Assembly (NCBI RefSeq): GCF_003704095.1
Contig: NW_020845316.1
Span: 248,001 to 312,000, forward strand
Direction of reading: 5' to 3'
Length of the DNA stretch: 64,000 nt
Source of the DNA: Pocillopora damicornis
Lineage: Eukaryota
Positions 23,627 to 37,430 of the stretch are shown here, piece by piece; positions within the stretch are counted from its first letter, which is position 1, and every line of letters begins with the position of its first letter. The position numbers and the translations under genes are program-made. The notes under the pieces were generated by a model. It saw only the letters and a list, made by a program, of their open reading frames with translations, searched no databases and had not been told where the DNA came from.

Positions 23627-25228
23627 TATTTTTGGAGTTGTAAGTTCTGAGATTTCCCAAGTTGTTCAATAAAGGTTCGATTGTTTGATGACTAAAAATT
23701 AATTTGATTGTAATAATTTAATAAGTTGTGGAATATCTGCTCTTTGGATGTAATGTAGTTGAATATATATGAATGTTGAGAATCTTTTTAACTCTCAAGA
23801 TTGCATTTACCCCCAAGTGTGATTTTCCTCATTGGGAAATAAATGGATGAGAAATTCTTCTGTTGATTAATTATAAGAATTTACTTTGGGATCAAATTGT
23901 CTAATTTCAGTGCTCAAGCGTGGTTTTTTTTAAAGAATTGGTTGCAATATCAGTAAGATTATGCATGGGGGTGGGAGAGGGAGGGGGTTTGATTCAGTAA
24001 CTAGGATGTCCTGATAAAATGCATACAATAAAGTTTCTTTTACATTATCTTTTTTATATTTGAAAATGTTGTGCAGTTGTATTTTTTCACACCTGATTAA
24101 AACCTGATGTTAATGTGCACCTTCCTTAACTTAACAGTAAATAGCGACTACTCACTTGCTGAAGCCGTCACCAAGAGTCTGGCAAATTCTATATTCATCA
24201 GTTAAAAAGGTTTAACTATCCACCATATATTCTCTATGAAAATTATATCTCACTCCCCACATAAACATTTTAATATTTTGTGACTGTTAAGGGCCATGTA
24301 TCGGTAGGGGATTTTGTCCTCTATTTATCAAATGCATACCACTTTTCCATGTGTTTTGTCAGTTTTAAGGCACACATGTTATTAAGAACTGATAAGAATG
24401 AGCAACTACTAAGAACATTGTTTGTTTATTGTTTAAAATTACACAATAAAAATACAATGTAATTCAAATGCCAAGCACTATGTATTGCTTTGTAAAATTG
24501 TATTTAACATTCTATTTTTAAAATATCTGAAATGATTTAAAACTTGTGACAGATAGTTGCCACACACAATTAAGGATGCATATGCTCCATTTCACAAATG
24601 TGGTCTACTTCTGTCTTGCAAAGACAAACTTTTCTTTCATTTGATTATTTACAAGTTATAAAATTCTCTTTTATATCACAAAAGGGTTAAAATTTAAACT
24701 CCATTGCATTTCTCTAAGTTGCAGTTCTCTTACTGTTTAGACCGTAGTTGCATTGTTAAGTTACAATGAACTCAAAATGGGAGAAGAAAGTTTTTTAAAA
24801 CTTTTACAACTAGGAAACCTTCTCTTGCTGTTTGAGAATGTGGAGTCCAACTAAGGAAATGGAGCTAGTTTAGAGCACTGCATTCTTGCAGCATCTAATT
24901 AAGATTTTTGCTCTCATTATTTCCTTCTATTTTTGTTTTCTTAAAAGGTAACATTTTCATCAAATTTGATTGGTCCAGATCCACAACCAGCATAAAAATA
25001 AAGGGGTACCAGGAATTTTTTTTCAATTGCATTGAATTAATTGGGTTGAAGGAAGATGATTGGTTAAAATTGTTGACCAAATTATATTTTATTGGTTAAA
25101 AACATACTGTAACTATCAGTTGAAAGAATTAAAGCAGACATTTATGAGGAAATCCCCTTTAAAAGTGAACTAAAACACTGTCCATGTACCATACCAAAGT
25201 ATGATCAGACTCAATCTGTAATGATCAA

Positions 25229-28200
25229 CTAAATTTCCTTAGCACAACAAGCAGATATAGCTCTTTTAGTTATGAACTCATCTTCCATCAACCAGAGGTG
25301 AAAACGAACCTGTTGCAAGAAATTTCTAAAGCTGCTGTGCTTAGCAAGGGGAAAGTCTCTCTCCATTCGTACATCATCATGAAAAGCTTCCTTGTTTTCT
25401 TTGCCTGATCGAAATGGGCCATATGCATGCACTTGTAGCTCATATTTTGCAACATAGTGCCTCAACACGATGTAGTGTTTTAGCCAGTCATCAGCACAGT
25501 AACGGATTGTGCGGGGGTCAGTTAGTATTTTGCGTTGTCTGTCAGTAAGCGTGGACTCCATCTCTTGTAAGGTTTTCTTTAGTTTTCCTGTTACAAGAAT
25601 TAAACAAGTACAAATTTATTGATACTTTCATTTCTATTACATTGTATTTCATTGTAAGAGCACAGTAAAGGATCAGTTTCTTAAAATTTATGACAAAAAG
25701 AAATCTTGTAGTTTGTTGAAAATTGACTAGCAGTAGCATTCTCATATTTAAAAACTAGAGAAAGTGTAAATTGTATGGTAAAAAAATTTTTTCCCAGTTA
25801 TATTTACCATAGTACATTTAGTGCTTACACAAGTTGGTATGAAGAATTGTAAGGGTTTTTTTTATGCTAGACTGCTATTGCCAGGGTAAGAGTTTGTACT
25901 GTTTAGTGAGGAAGGTGGCTAACCAAATGATGGAGTTTTTTTCAGCCCTTATTTACCTTCAGACATTGTCTCTGTCTCAATTTCAAACTCGCAGTTAAAT
26001 TACTATAGGGATAAAGCCTTCCAGTGCATGATTTTCCAGCAAATATACTACACTTCTTGATTGTTAAATGAACTTCAACAGTTTTGTTCTTATTCTAATG
26101 ATTTACTATAAATAACTCATTCTTACTTATGTTGTAACCAATGTTATAATTGTTCTCCAGAGCTTTACCACTTGTACCAGTTGTAGATAGTGAGACTTCT
26201 GCAAAAAGTTAAAGAAAAAACAAGTGATTTAGGGGAAAAAGCAAAATACATTATGCAACACATATTCTATTAGTGGAGACCAGATAGAGAACTTGTCTTA
26301 TTAAAATTTTGAGAAGAAATGTACATGTAAACCATATAACTTTACTCTAATTAAACTGTAAAGTACATCTTTGATGTATTTTAATTCCTATTAAGGAATT
26401 CTCTATAGATAGGAAAAGGTGAAGAACCATTCATGCTAACCTCTGGCAAGAGGACCTACGAGAAACTTTCTTGTAGTTGTGGAGTGATTATGAATGTAAA
26501 AGTTTGTCTTTATCTCAGCTAATTTAAAAGTCACTGTGTTTAATAGTTAAGGGTACCCATTTTGTCATTTGGTGTTGCCAAAGAAGTAGAATTTCTTGTA
26601 GTTACTTGTAAGTTTTCAAAGAAATTGTCTTGTGCTGTTTTGGCAGACCAGTGAAACATGTAGTTGACCATCAACTTGAGTTACTTTAGTTGCTCAAAAG
26701 CCTAGTTATCCAAAATTCACAAAGGCAGTTTGTTAACCTTTATCAGTTATGCATTTAACTTTTTCATTTTTGTGGAGCTCTGTAAACGTGAGAGTGCATG
26801 TATGGTCAGGGAAAGAGAGACTTGATGTCTTCAAGGGTGTGAAGCTGACTGGATTGTCTGTTGGTATTTTGTAAGATAAAGGAAATGTTATTTTTGAGAA
26901 GTACTCTGTACATCACCTCTTAGATTTTAAGAAAAAGCTTTGGTTGTTACTGTAGCATTTTCCAAAAATAGTTATTTTCCAGTTTAGATTATGTTTCTCT
27001 TTGTCATTATTCTCACCATGTTTCAGTTTGACATTTCATTGATGTCAAAAGGCAACATTTGAGTAAGTAGAAAACTTTTCAGCTGTTTTTGTTGTCACAC
27101 ATATATTGTATACCTACCAGGTATCACTGAATCTTTGGGAAGATAATCAGCCCCACCTGTGCCAATGTAATCCAATGCTGGGTCCCCTGTTGAGGTCAGA
27201 ATAACCTATCATTTATATTTATTAGTCACATTGGTCACATTGATCACATGATCAATTTTGAGTCAAGATGAGATTTATGGGTTGGGATAAATCAATGAAT
27301 TTTGACCTCTCCCCCTCCCTCCTTGCCCATGGGTTCACAGTTCGTTGAGAATTAATATTTGATCTTGTCAGTTTGAGAATTTTTGTTTCAGGAAGGCATG
27401 ATGGGAGGGGAATCCAAATCTCCTGGCTGAACCCCTTCCTCTCAATCTGCCACTGAGCATAAATGAGGGTAGCCAAATTAAGACTCAAAGTTTGAAAGTT
27501 TTCAAATAAACTGTTGAGTCTCTTTACTACAGCACTTACTTTCCATACTCGATAACAAACGCTTACCATATTGTAATGATTTTTTAACCAATATCTTCAA
27601 TACTTTCCATTCCTTTGGACTATATCCAAGAGTGAAACAAACTCGTAGGATCAATAGGGGAAGAAGCCTTGGTGATGCCAGAAGCTGTTAGAAAAGTACA
27701 CCCGGTTAAAAAGAGAAATTAGAGTGAGAAATAAAGGCTTAATGACTCTGAGTGCACTTAAATGTGGGATGTAAGGTTGGGTTTCAATTCAGTTGGCTGG
27801 GTCACTGTGTCAAGTTACTACCACCTTACTAGCCTGCAGAACAGGTGAAATTTGTTTACAATTTTCAGGCGAATGGAGACAAACAGGGTTTAATTTTTTT
27901 TTTTTGCACTCCTCTTAAACCTGACTCACTTTATGCTCAGCTAGCGTTTGCCTCTGTTGGCCTGAGAATTGTCAAAAGTAATTACATTTTTTTGCTGGGT
28001 ATCACCTCACCAAACAAATTGCAACAACATAATCCAAGTGTGATTACCTCATCAATGGTTCCGAAGATAGCTTGTGCCATGAAAATCAATAATGTCTTGG
28101 GAAAACCATAAGTCTTACATATTATATCACAACTCATCCAGTGGTTGGTCTGATTAACACGTGGTGGAATCTTGGCTGTAAGGAGTTGATTTTAAACTTT

Positions 28201-31200
28201 TAAAAATTGACTAGTTATCAGTGGGAATAATACTTCATTATTGAAGCTTTCCAAATGTGATAAGTTTGCTACCCAATTTATGACTGTTTCAGGTTGCTCT
28301 CATTCACCCTCTCATATTTCTTTGTGAGAGGGTACAGAGGTTTCAAGCACTTTCTCAATTTCAAACTGACAGCTTGTTTGTTTTAATTATTTCAAGAATA
28401 GTTTGAATGAAATAGTGAAGTCTACCAAATTAGGCCTACCACACAACAAATTACAGCTAGTGAGCAAGCTCTAACTGGTGCTGTGGCATGACTGGGGCAG
28501 CAATAAGTGATGTAAAAGCTGACAAGAGAAGGAGGGCTGGGATTAAAATGTTTTTGCTACTCAACATGCTATGAGCACTGATGGTGGCCTATTCTCTGGC
28601 TACCTAAGTAATTATGCCACTTACGTTCAAAGCTATGACTGATTGCTTGACAGAGGCACAAAACAAATGTCCACAAGACAGGATTGAAGTACCAGTGCAT
28701 CAGATTGAATGCATTATAGTATTTCACATGGTTTGACAGGTGATTTGTATGATTCCAACAAGTTTCACAGTTCAAGCTCTGCAGTGCAGAATTCTTCACA
28801 GCCATTTGAAAAGTGATGTTTGCAAGAATGTACATGACAGCCAAAGGCACAATCATGAAAAACTAAAAGAGCAAATTAAAGGAAAATTATTATTTTGGTA
28901 GGGGAAATTAAGAGGGATTTAGACAATGGTATAAATGTGGTTAAAAAATTAATGCAACACATACAATGACAGAAGTTTTGTGATTCCTGATGGATTTTAA
29001 AAATGATCTTGCCCCTGAGATTTATGATTATAAACTAAATGAGGCATGATGCTTCCAGTCACAGGGCCAGTTGGGCTAACCTTTAACACTAACATTGGTA
29101 TTCATGTTCTCCATACTGTACTCTGTACATTAACTAAGGTGCTGAAAAGGAGAATTTGTCTAAGAATCAAGAGTTTCTTTAGTTAATTTCCTCTCTTCTC
29201 ATCACATTAATGTGTGATTCAGTGGTTATATTGTAAGGAGAAATTAGATGCTAGTCACTCTTAATGGTTTAGGGTTAACACTCGAGAACCAGAAGCTGTA
29301 TGGTGTCCACGCTCTTCCTATTGGGGAGGAACAAAGGAGCAAAGACCTGACATGTGAGGGCTGCAAAATCAAGCCTAGTTTAAGAACTCCAAAAAAAGGT
29401 CAACACTTTGGCATCTTTAGATTAATGAATAACCCCAACATTAAATTTCATTTACATCGAAGTCCACTGAAGAGAATATCAATTGTTGATATTCTCTTGT
29501 GAAGGTTTAATTCTATCACTTCAAGGATCTCATCAGGTATTCTTTTTACAGTCTGCCATATGATTTTTATGATGTTAGTTTGGAGAATTTGATATTGGAT
29601 TGACTCTTAATCCCTTAATTGATATTTTTCTTTATTCTCATCACTTGTTGGTTTGACACTTTTAATATTGTAAGCAAAAATTATATCTTGGTGAGTCATG
29701 GGAGTTAAAGGGTTAATGAATTTTATGAAGACTACATACCCCCATACAAGGTGTTCTTTGGATAAGACCCCACAAACAATACCAGAAGAGAAGAAACAAA
29801 GCAAAGACAGCAGCTCCATTCCAAACAAGCACTTCAGTGTTGGCTAATGTGTAGCAGTCACGATCAAATCTCCACTGGGCGAAGAAACATAGCATCATCA
29901 TAACAATCAGTGGCTAGGAGAAAAAAGGTATGAACAGAAATGTCACTCTTTTTAAATGGGCTCATTGAAAGTTATACACAACTTAAAACCTGAAAACCTT
30001 GCCAAAACAATGTTAACTCCCTTCAAGACCTCTTGGATAGGTGACGCTTAGTAACCTAACACCAGGAACTTAGAAAAAAAATACAAGAAGTTCAGTTCAA
30101 TGGATCCCACTGGGAAAATGCTTAATTTCCTTTGCTGCCTTTGTGATCATACAGTTTCTGTTGTTTGCAAAGTGACACATATGGTCTATTGATTAAATGA
30201 TAACCATGTAGCCATAAAAATTGGGTGAGTAGCAACCATGCGCCCATGATTTGGGCATGTAAAGACCTAATCTTGATTTTTCCACAAGCTTGTGGAAAAT
30301 AATACTGGCCTTGACTTCTTGGAAAAAACAACAAAAACAGAGGTGCTCAATTCATACTGGCCAATACTGGGTCTTAAATTACACAGAATTATTTACACCA
30401 GAATTTTGGTAATGTGATTACCATGTATTCATAATTAGAGTGTATGTGATAACCATAATTACAGCTACAATTAAACCAAACCTAGAATTACAATCAAAGT
30501 AAGCTAGAGCCATTCCACAGTTACCAGTTAATGAAAAGAGGAAGGGCACTACATATTGTTGGAGTCTGTAGGACAAGTCCATATTAATCTAATGCAAGAC
30601 ACTATACTTTTTTCAAACCTACCATGAATAAATAGTGTCCAAGCTTTGTTTTAAATCTTAGGTGAAATATTTCAACAAGGTACAGTTGATAGTACAGACT
30701 TAAACCAGTTACATTGGTCAATGGTGCCACAAAGAACATAGCCAAAAATCTTGTGAACCAGTTTTCTGAACGCAGGATTGGATCACAGCAAGGCCGCCAA
30801 CAAGACATCTCCCAGGAATCTGGCCAGTAACGTTTGGCACGTGGTGGTTGCTATGAAAACGAAGGAGATCTGTAAGTAAGTTTAAAGATATACTGTTTTT
30901 ATACTGACTTGATCTTAAATTGATCTGTAACTCTCTTATTGATATGACATTTTCAATCATGAAATATGGTTGAGGTATATGAACTAGACAAAAGAGAAAG
31001 AGAAAGAAGATGATGACTTAATCAATTCAGTAAGTTTTCTTTTCTGCAGGATCACTGATGTAAAATTAAGAGCAAGATGTTTTGGTCACTTAAATGTCAA
31101 AAGAATCTGCAAGACTTATTGTCAGGTAAATATCTAAAGAAAACATTTGTGAGGCACAATGCAAAAAATAGAATAGGAGAGACCAATTTTCCTATTCTAT

Positions 31201-33133
31201 TTACAAACATGACGCTATTGACATTGCTGATCCTAGCAGTATGCAGGATGCATGTCATATGAACTTTGTGATAGACCTCACTCACTGAAGAGTCTCTGTG
31301 GCTCAGTGGTAAAGTATTGGAGCACGGAATCTGAAGGTCTGAGGTTCAATTCTTTATGGGAACTCAGAATTTTTTCTTTCTCCCTCCCTCGTGACAAGAC
31401 AACAAACATCTTTCTCCACATACAGAGAAGTTCTGATATTTACCCCTAGCAGAGGGTCCAGTTCATGTGTTGCACTTAAATGCTCTGAACTACCACTTGT
31501 TTCAGCTCCAGCATCTTCTTGATCCATTGGTCCCTCTATAACTGCAGATTCTCTGGCTCTACGTCGTGCCATGGAACCATATGTCCCTTCAACCAGTCTT
31601 GTTGATGTACGACACTGAATATCATCTCTTATTTCCCCGTTATGTACTATTAATTCATCCCATATTGGATCTGAAAATTTCATAATTTACAGTTTTTTGT
31701 ATGTTCTACCCATTAATTGCAAAAGTAGTTGCCATGTGCTACACAAATAGTAGCTGTGATGGCTGAAATCTACACTTCTTCTTTCATCTTTCGAGGTCAA
31801 AGTAGCTGGATAGTAATAGGAACAAGGAGAATTACATTCATTGTCAATTTCAGAAAACAAATTCCTCCACACCTCATCACTATACTTGTAATAACAGCCA
31901 AAGTTTTTTGATAGCTGATGGGTACTTACGATTGTAGACTCTGTGACTGGCATCATATTCATGATCTTGTTCAGTAACTACGCCCAAATACTGACCCTCA
32001 CTGTCACAGTATGGTATAGTAAATTTCACCAACCCACCAGGCTCTCTTAGAATGTCATCTGTCATTAAAAGTTTTACTTCTGAGCGGTAACTTGTACAAT
32101 TTTCCTCTTTTGGTTTTATCCTTTTCAAGAAAGCTTGGAGTCCTGCAAACTTTATCTGCAACAAAAATTTTAAGAATCACTTTACCAGTGAGCAGGGGAA
32201 GCTACAAATTCTAAAATAACAAAGTTATCATGGTTATAATATTGCTGATGATAATAATGATACATGAAGGTGGGGTGCCTAAGATAAAACAGGCTAGCTC
32301 ATCCTAAGTGGGTTAATGTGGAGGAATTAAGCCTAGACCATTTTTTCACAAATCAGATTAAATATGTCAATGGATAGTGATTTAAGTGTGTAGTCTACCA
32401 CTGAGTTAATGTAAAATAATATGATAAAAACATAAACCTGCCTTCTTGTTAGGTTTTGAATGAGTAGTAGATTTAAACTAAAAATAGAAAATAATTATTT
32501 TCTCTTGATTTCCATGCATGACAGCTGACTCGTGTCTTGCTTTTATTAACCAACACCCAATAGAAATCTTCAGCTTTTAATCATAAAAAAAGAAATGAAA
32601 TCACTTTTCAACCTTAAATGTTGCACTCATGTCATAGAAAGTAATGGTTTATGGTAGAAAAGGTATCATAGTCTATGGGGTCATAAAATACCATTTGGAT
32701 GTCATCCTATTAAAGAAGCTGTTGGACGATTACTGCCTGTTGGTTGGGTGTTTTAGGTTTTCTCCTTGTGGGTATATTAATGACTAGAATTTTATTGGAA
32801 GACCACCTTCAACATGTAGTAAAATTTTTGTTAACTCTAGAACACCAAGTTTGACAAAAACTTCTTAAGTCTCACCTCATATTGTGTATTCTCCTCACCA
32901 TGGTGACGCTGATCAGGCCACTGCAATCCTGCAGTAGCCCCACCTAAAGAATGAACCTGATTTCTGCGAGGGAGTGGCTTAAAATTGTTGCCAAAATCAA
33001 CAAAAAGGACAATTTTATCTCCAATATCAGCAAAGTTGGGAAAGTGATTTCCTGATGAACACATTCGTACCAGTGGCTTGTTCCGATGTTCAGGAGGTTG
33101 GTGGTGTGGTGCAGTGCAGCAGCAACTTCCCAT
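25229..33133 (-). CDS. Uncharacterised protein of about 684 aa: N-terminal acylation motif, unknown soluble domain, Mpo1/DUF962-like membrane domain
   Basis: Exons 33133-32876, 32155-31930, 31670-31444, 30850-30623, 29913-29740, 28862-28625, 28175-28048, 27684-27567, 27186-27118, 26198-26169, 25587-25229, all GT-AG and in phase. Motifs MGSCCC, YYQLYLVEIFHLRFKTKLGHYLFMPLI, QAISHSFEPKIPP, LLASPRLLPLLILRVCFTLGYSP, GDPALDYIGTGG. Confidence 0.8.
31198..31420 (+). mobile_element. tRNA-derived SINE-like repeat (intronic)
   Basis: GTGGCTCAGTGGTAAAG...GAGGTTCAATTC A/B boxes. A reverse-complement copy lies at 48560-48840. Confidence 0.7.
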
Positions 33134-35037
33134 TGTCACACCTCTTTCTTGAAGACACTATCTGTTGATGACACACTTCACTTTATCTCTACTGATAACT
33201 AAGGATGGTACCAGTTACATTGTACAGAGGAGGATGGAGTAATATATGTATTTTTTACTATGCAGAGGGGAAATATAGGAGGCCTTGTTGACTGTATGAT
33301 TAATTTAGTTCGTTAATTTTGAACAACACTAGAGCTCATCGCTCCTCATGTTAAATGTGCAATTTGTTGTACTTTGCAACTTGTGGAAGACTAGTCACAA
33401 TCGCTTCCAACTTTTAAAGGACGATTTGAGTATGAATAAGTAATTTAATAGGAAAATGTTATTTTTTTTCCGGTTTGGAGGTAAAGAGATAAAATGTGAC
33501 GGAGAAAAATTGATTAGGAAGAAAAAAAATAAATATCGCAATGATCTCTTTCCACTATTTCCACTATCATGTTCGATAACCGGTCGCTTTTGGAAAATGG
33601 GTCCATAACGAACTCGACAAACGTGTCTGCGGCATAATTGTGGAAAGCGGAAGCAAATAACTGCGCATTCTTCTATCCATATCGGTCAGCTTCAAAATTT
33701 TGCTTACTTAGTCAACTTCGGATATCGGTTTAAACACGTTGCCTTCGATTTCTTAGGTGATGAACAAAACACAGACCCTAAGTCCATGGACTACCCCGAT
33801 GGACTACTAGATTTGGACTAGCCCCGCAATGACAATGTATTATGGAAATGCTACTGAACTAGTCGTTTTAGTGCAACAGAGGAGAAACCGTCTGCTTTGC
33901 GAATTTCTCTTAAAATAAAGATTGACCCTTTTTCATCGTAGGAAACTGAAACTTATGGTAAATGGACAATAGCATGTGTTTGATGGCCGAGGCCAAGCAT
34001 CGAAAATTGCATCATAATTAATAATCAAGGGGTCCACTTAAAAATTCACCACGGATTATTTGGATGTGCTTTCCATTTTAACAAACCTTTGACTGGACTT
34101 TTAAACAAAGATTTTACTTTAGAAGAAGGGCTGTGGGATAGTTTGTGGAGAAAAGATGTCAATAGAGCACGCAATTCTACAGAACGAAAATGTTGCACAA
34201 ATCTTGATCCCGTTAAATCAAAATTCGTCTGCACAGTATTCTCACCTTAAAAGTTGACCCGCTGGAAAATCTTGCTTAGCGCACTGCGCTGAGTAGTTTT
34301 CCCTCTTGATTCGATACACACGATTGATGAAGTATTGTCTAATGTAATGGAACTTTATACCACGCGGTAATACTATTATTATGATTTTTCATGGTAAGGC
34401 AGGAAGATGTATCGCATTACGAGATTACTACGCCATTCACAAGGAGTCATATGATCTCTCATGTGACGGAATTTATTCCGGTTCCTGTTTCTGGGAAGAT
34501 CCCGGAATTAAGAAGAACAACAAGTAATGTTCTCGCCTAAATTAAAGATGCATTCCGTGGAAGTGAAAATTTAAATCCAGTCTTTTTTAATGATACGAAA
34601 CTTCGTGGAGGTTTACAATGACGAGAAAAATATCTTCTTTAGAGAAGTGCGTATCAATTTCCGCACAAACTTAACGCAGGGGATTCCCCAAGTTTTGTGT
34701 ATGGTTCCAAACTCATTACCACAAATCAGTTCGAGATGGAATCAGTCACTACTTTATCACGAGTTCATTATGAAACTGCAATTGATTTAAAAGCAGTTTT
34801 TATGCATTTAGGCATATATTTTTAGGAAAGTTGCCAAACGTGACCCGATGGGTTACCCAGTAGCAGTCACGCAAGAAGTAACTTTGTGCATGGAGAAAGA
34901 AACAGTAAAACGCATTTTTCTTTTTTTTTAAACGTAGTCTTTCAGGGTTTTCAAAAGCAACCTTCTCGTCACTCTTCGTTAACCTCTGCTGACTCATTTT
35001 CCTGAGCTGGAGGCTGGTCAAACATCACAGATAACAG

Positions 35038-35094
35038 TTATTGGCCTATGTACTTTAATGTTCTTCAAGAACATCAAAGTACATAAGCCAATAA
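35038..35094 (-). repeat. 57-bp near-perfect palindrome / hairpin
   Basis: 28-bp arms TTATTGGCCTATGTACTTTAATGTTCTT / AAGAACATCAAAGTACATAAGCCAATAA with two mismatches. Confidence 0.8.
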
Positions 35095-36029
35095 ACTCAA
35101 GTTTAATTTAGAACAGTAAAGCCTCTGCACTTTTATTCATTTCTTTTTTTCTTGTATTTGTTAACTCAAACAATGACATGCTCTAACAATTCACACCCTC
35201 CTTTCTTCACCTTTAGCCGGACCGTTGCGTGACTTAAGTTCTATTCAGTTAAAGTGACGCTGGGGATTCCCGAAGTTTGCTGATGCAAGACGCATTTTCC
35301 CCAAACAAATAGGAACTGAATTAATCATTGTTATATCACGAGTTCATGTTTAAAATAGTTCTGATTTGAAGATGAGGCTCTTACATCATTGTATACACGA
35401 AGGGAAAAAGACGTATGATGTGATTCCTGAGCGATATCGTGAAAATCGCGTCTTCTTCAGTTTGAGGAGGGTTTCGCATGCTGTTTTAAAAAAAGGATTT
35501 TATTTGGAGGTTCGTCTGTTCTATTATTCGCCATTCTTTTTTATCTTTTACTTTAACTTTGGCCCATGTGCAACTCTGGCAAAATCATCTTGTTCTGTCA
35601 AGTGCTTCTCATCGGAATTCACCGTTAGCCTAAAAACAGCAAACTAAAGTTTAGCCGTCAAGCGCAAAAAATGACAAATTTTAACTGTTATTCGTGAAAA
35701 AAGTTAGTCTTAAAATTCTTTCTTAAATACAATGTGTCATTTTGAAAGTGTCAAAACTTAGACTGTTATGTGTCTTAGTTTGTGAATTGTAGCCATTGTG
35801 GGAAACAGGAAATTATTCTATGTCAAGCTAATAGAAGCTCGATCTCCAATTACCCTTGTTGCTTCACTCTAATGGCAAAAAAAGCGAGAAGTAGATGTGT
35901 TTCAGAACAATTAAAAATTAATTTTTAACATTTCTGTTGACCGTAACAGAAAGAAATTAACCGTAAAATGGCCAAAATTTTAACAAAAATTCTCGCGCTC
36001 TTTAAGCATTGATCACGACATTGTGTTCA

Positions 36030-37430
36030 TTACTCAAGACATGAGCTGTCCCCTTCGCTATCAGTTTGATTTTCACTGCTTGAACACAAGTCGCTTCTAG
36101 ACCACTCCCCTTTTTCTAGCCTTAGCATATCAGACAAGCGGCTAATGCGCCTCTCGGCAGAATCAAGTTCCAGCTCAAACCCATGTCTCTGAATGAGCAC
36201 CTTCGCTTCTTCAGCCTTCTCGATAGCCATAGCATTGTTTTGTTCAAAACAGTACTGATCAGACCGCAAAAGCAGCAGTTTTATTCTTGTCCCTAACGCC
36301 ATTTTACCATCAGCAGTTCTAGATTCAGTTAAATCAAGGTGCCTTTTTGCTTTCATAACGTCTTCTTTGCAGATGTGGGTGTTGTTGTTCGCTGCCTTAG
36401 AGCAGGACTTTAGGAGCAGAGCCGCCATTTTGACGTTAATGTATTCTCGGTTGATTACAGCGTACTGACATGCCAGCTCATAAGATTTGTACGCTGTAGT
36501 TTTTCGGGTGTCCCGAGTTATATTCGCTGCAGGTAAAGAGTTAAGCAGTGCGCCATAACTTTGATAGAGTTCCGCTTTGTCTTCATGGGAATCCTGAAGT
36601 TCAAGAGCTTTTTGTGCCTCTTGCACGCATCTCATAGCGTTTCCAAATTTGCTCTGACGCTTGTACACCGCCGTCAAAAGATTCAAGGCTCGTCCGATCA
36701 GAATTCCCGGGTTTTTCAACTGCGGCTCCAGTTTCAGTACAAATTTTAGTATTCTTTTGGCATCTTTACCATTGTTCTGAAAAAAAAGGGCCATTGCGCG
36801 TTCAATCTTTAAACTCACTTCCATGTCAACATCTTCGGGCGACCTTCTTGCCAACTGTTCTCGTATTATTTGCTCATGTAGCTCAAACTCCCCTTTATCT
36901 TGTAGATAGTGTAGTTTTGTTATAAGTAAGATATAACCGGAAGTATTCATACATCCGCGCTTTGGAATGACTGGCATTGGAGAATGGACAGAGCTAGGTT
37001 TGCCTAATATTGAGTAGACTTGTGTTCCTTGTCTGTCTTCTTCTATCTCTTGAGTTTTTGTGACTGAATCGCTTTCTTCATCAGATGAAGTGGGCAGATT
37101 CTTGCTATCACATTTACAAGTCGGTACTTGACACGGTGTGCTGTTAGAACCATTCTGGATTATGGAAAAACCTGAAACCTTGATACGTAGAACTTTCTGG
37201 GATTGTCTTATCTCTTGATCCTGATCTGTTTCTATTGCTGCACCTTTCCTATGATGTGATTCACGTTTTCCATGAACGATTCCTCCCTCCAAGAGAGGGT
37301 GGATCTTCCTGTCATAAGAAAGAGAACAAACCGGATCTCCATTCTGAACTTCATGAGTGAAATCTTCAGGAATATCCTCGTCTAATTCTGTGAGAAAAAC
37401 TCCACAGGAAACGCTTTTCTGAGTGGTCAT
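36030..37430 (-). CDS. Uncharacterised helical-repeat (TPR-like) protein, copy 1, 466 aa
   Basis: Single-exon ORF with an acidic, disordered N-terminus, then TPR-like helices (GRALNLLTAVYKRQSKFGNAMRCVQEAQKAL; KAELYQSYGALL). In-frame stop upstream of the ATG and a 5'UTR acceptor at about 37560. Confidence 0.85.
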   Translation of the reverse strand: MTTQKSVSCGVFLTELDEDIPEDFTHEVQNGDPVCSLSYDRKIHPLLEGGIVHGKRESHHRKGAAIETDQDQEIRQSQKVLRIKVSGFSIIQNGSNSTPCQVPTCKCDSKNLPTSSDEESDSVTKTQEIEEDRQGTQVYSILGKPSSVHSPMPVIPKRGCMNTSGYILLITKLHYLQDKGEFELHEQIIREQLARRSPEDVDMEVSLKIERAMALFFQNNGKDAKRILKFVLKLEPQLKNPGILIGRALNLLTAVYKRQSKFGNAMRCVQEAQKALELQDSHEDKAELYQSYGALLNSLPAANITRDTRKTTAYKSYELACQYAVINREYINVKMAALLLKSCSKAANNNTHICKEDVMKAKRHLDLTESRTADGKMALGTRIKLLLLRSDQYCFEQNNAMAIEKAEEAKVLIQRHGFELELDSAERRISRLSDMLRLEKGEWSRSDLCSSSENQTDSEGDSSCLE

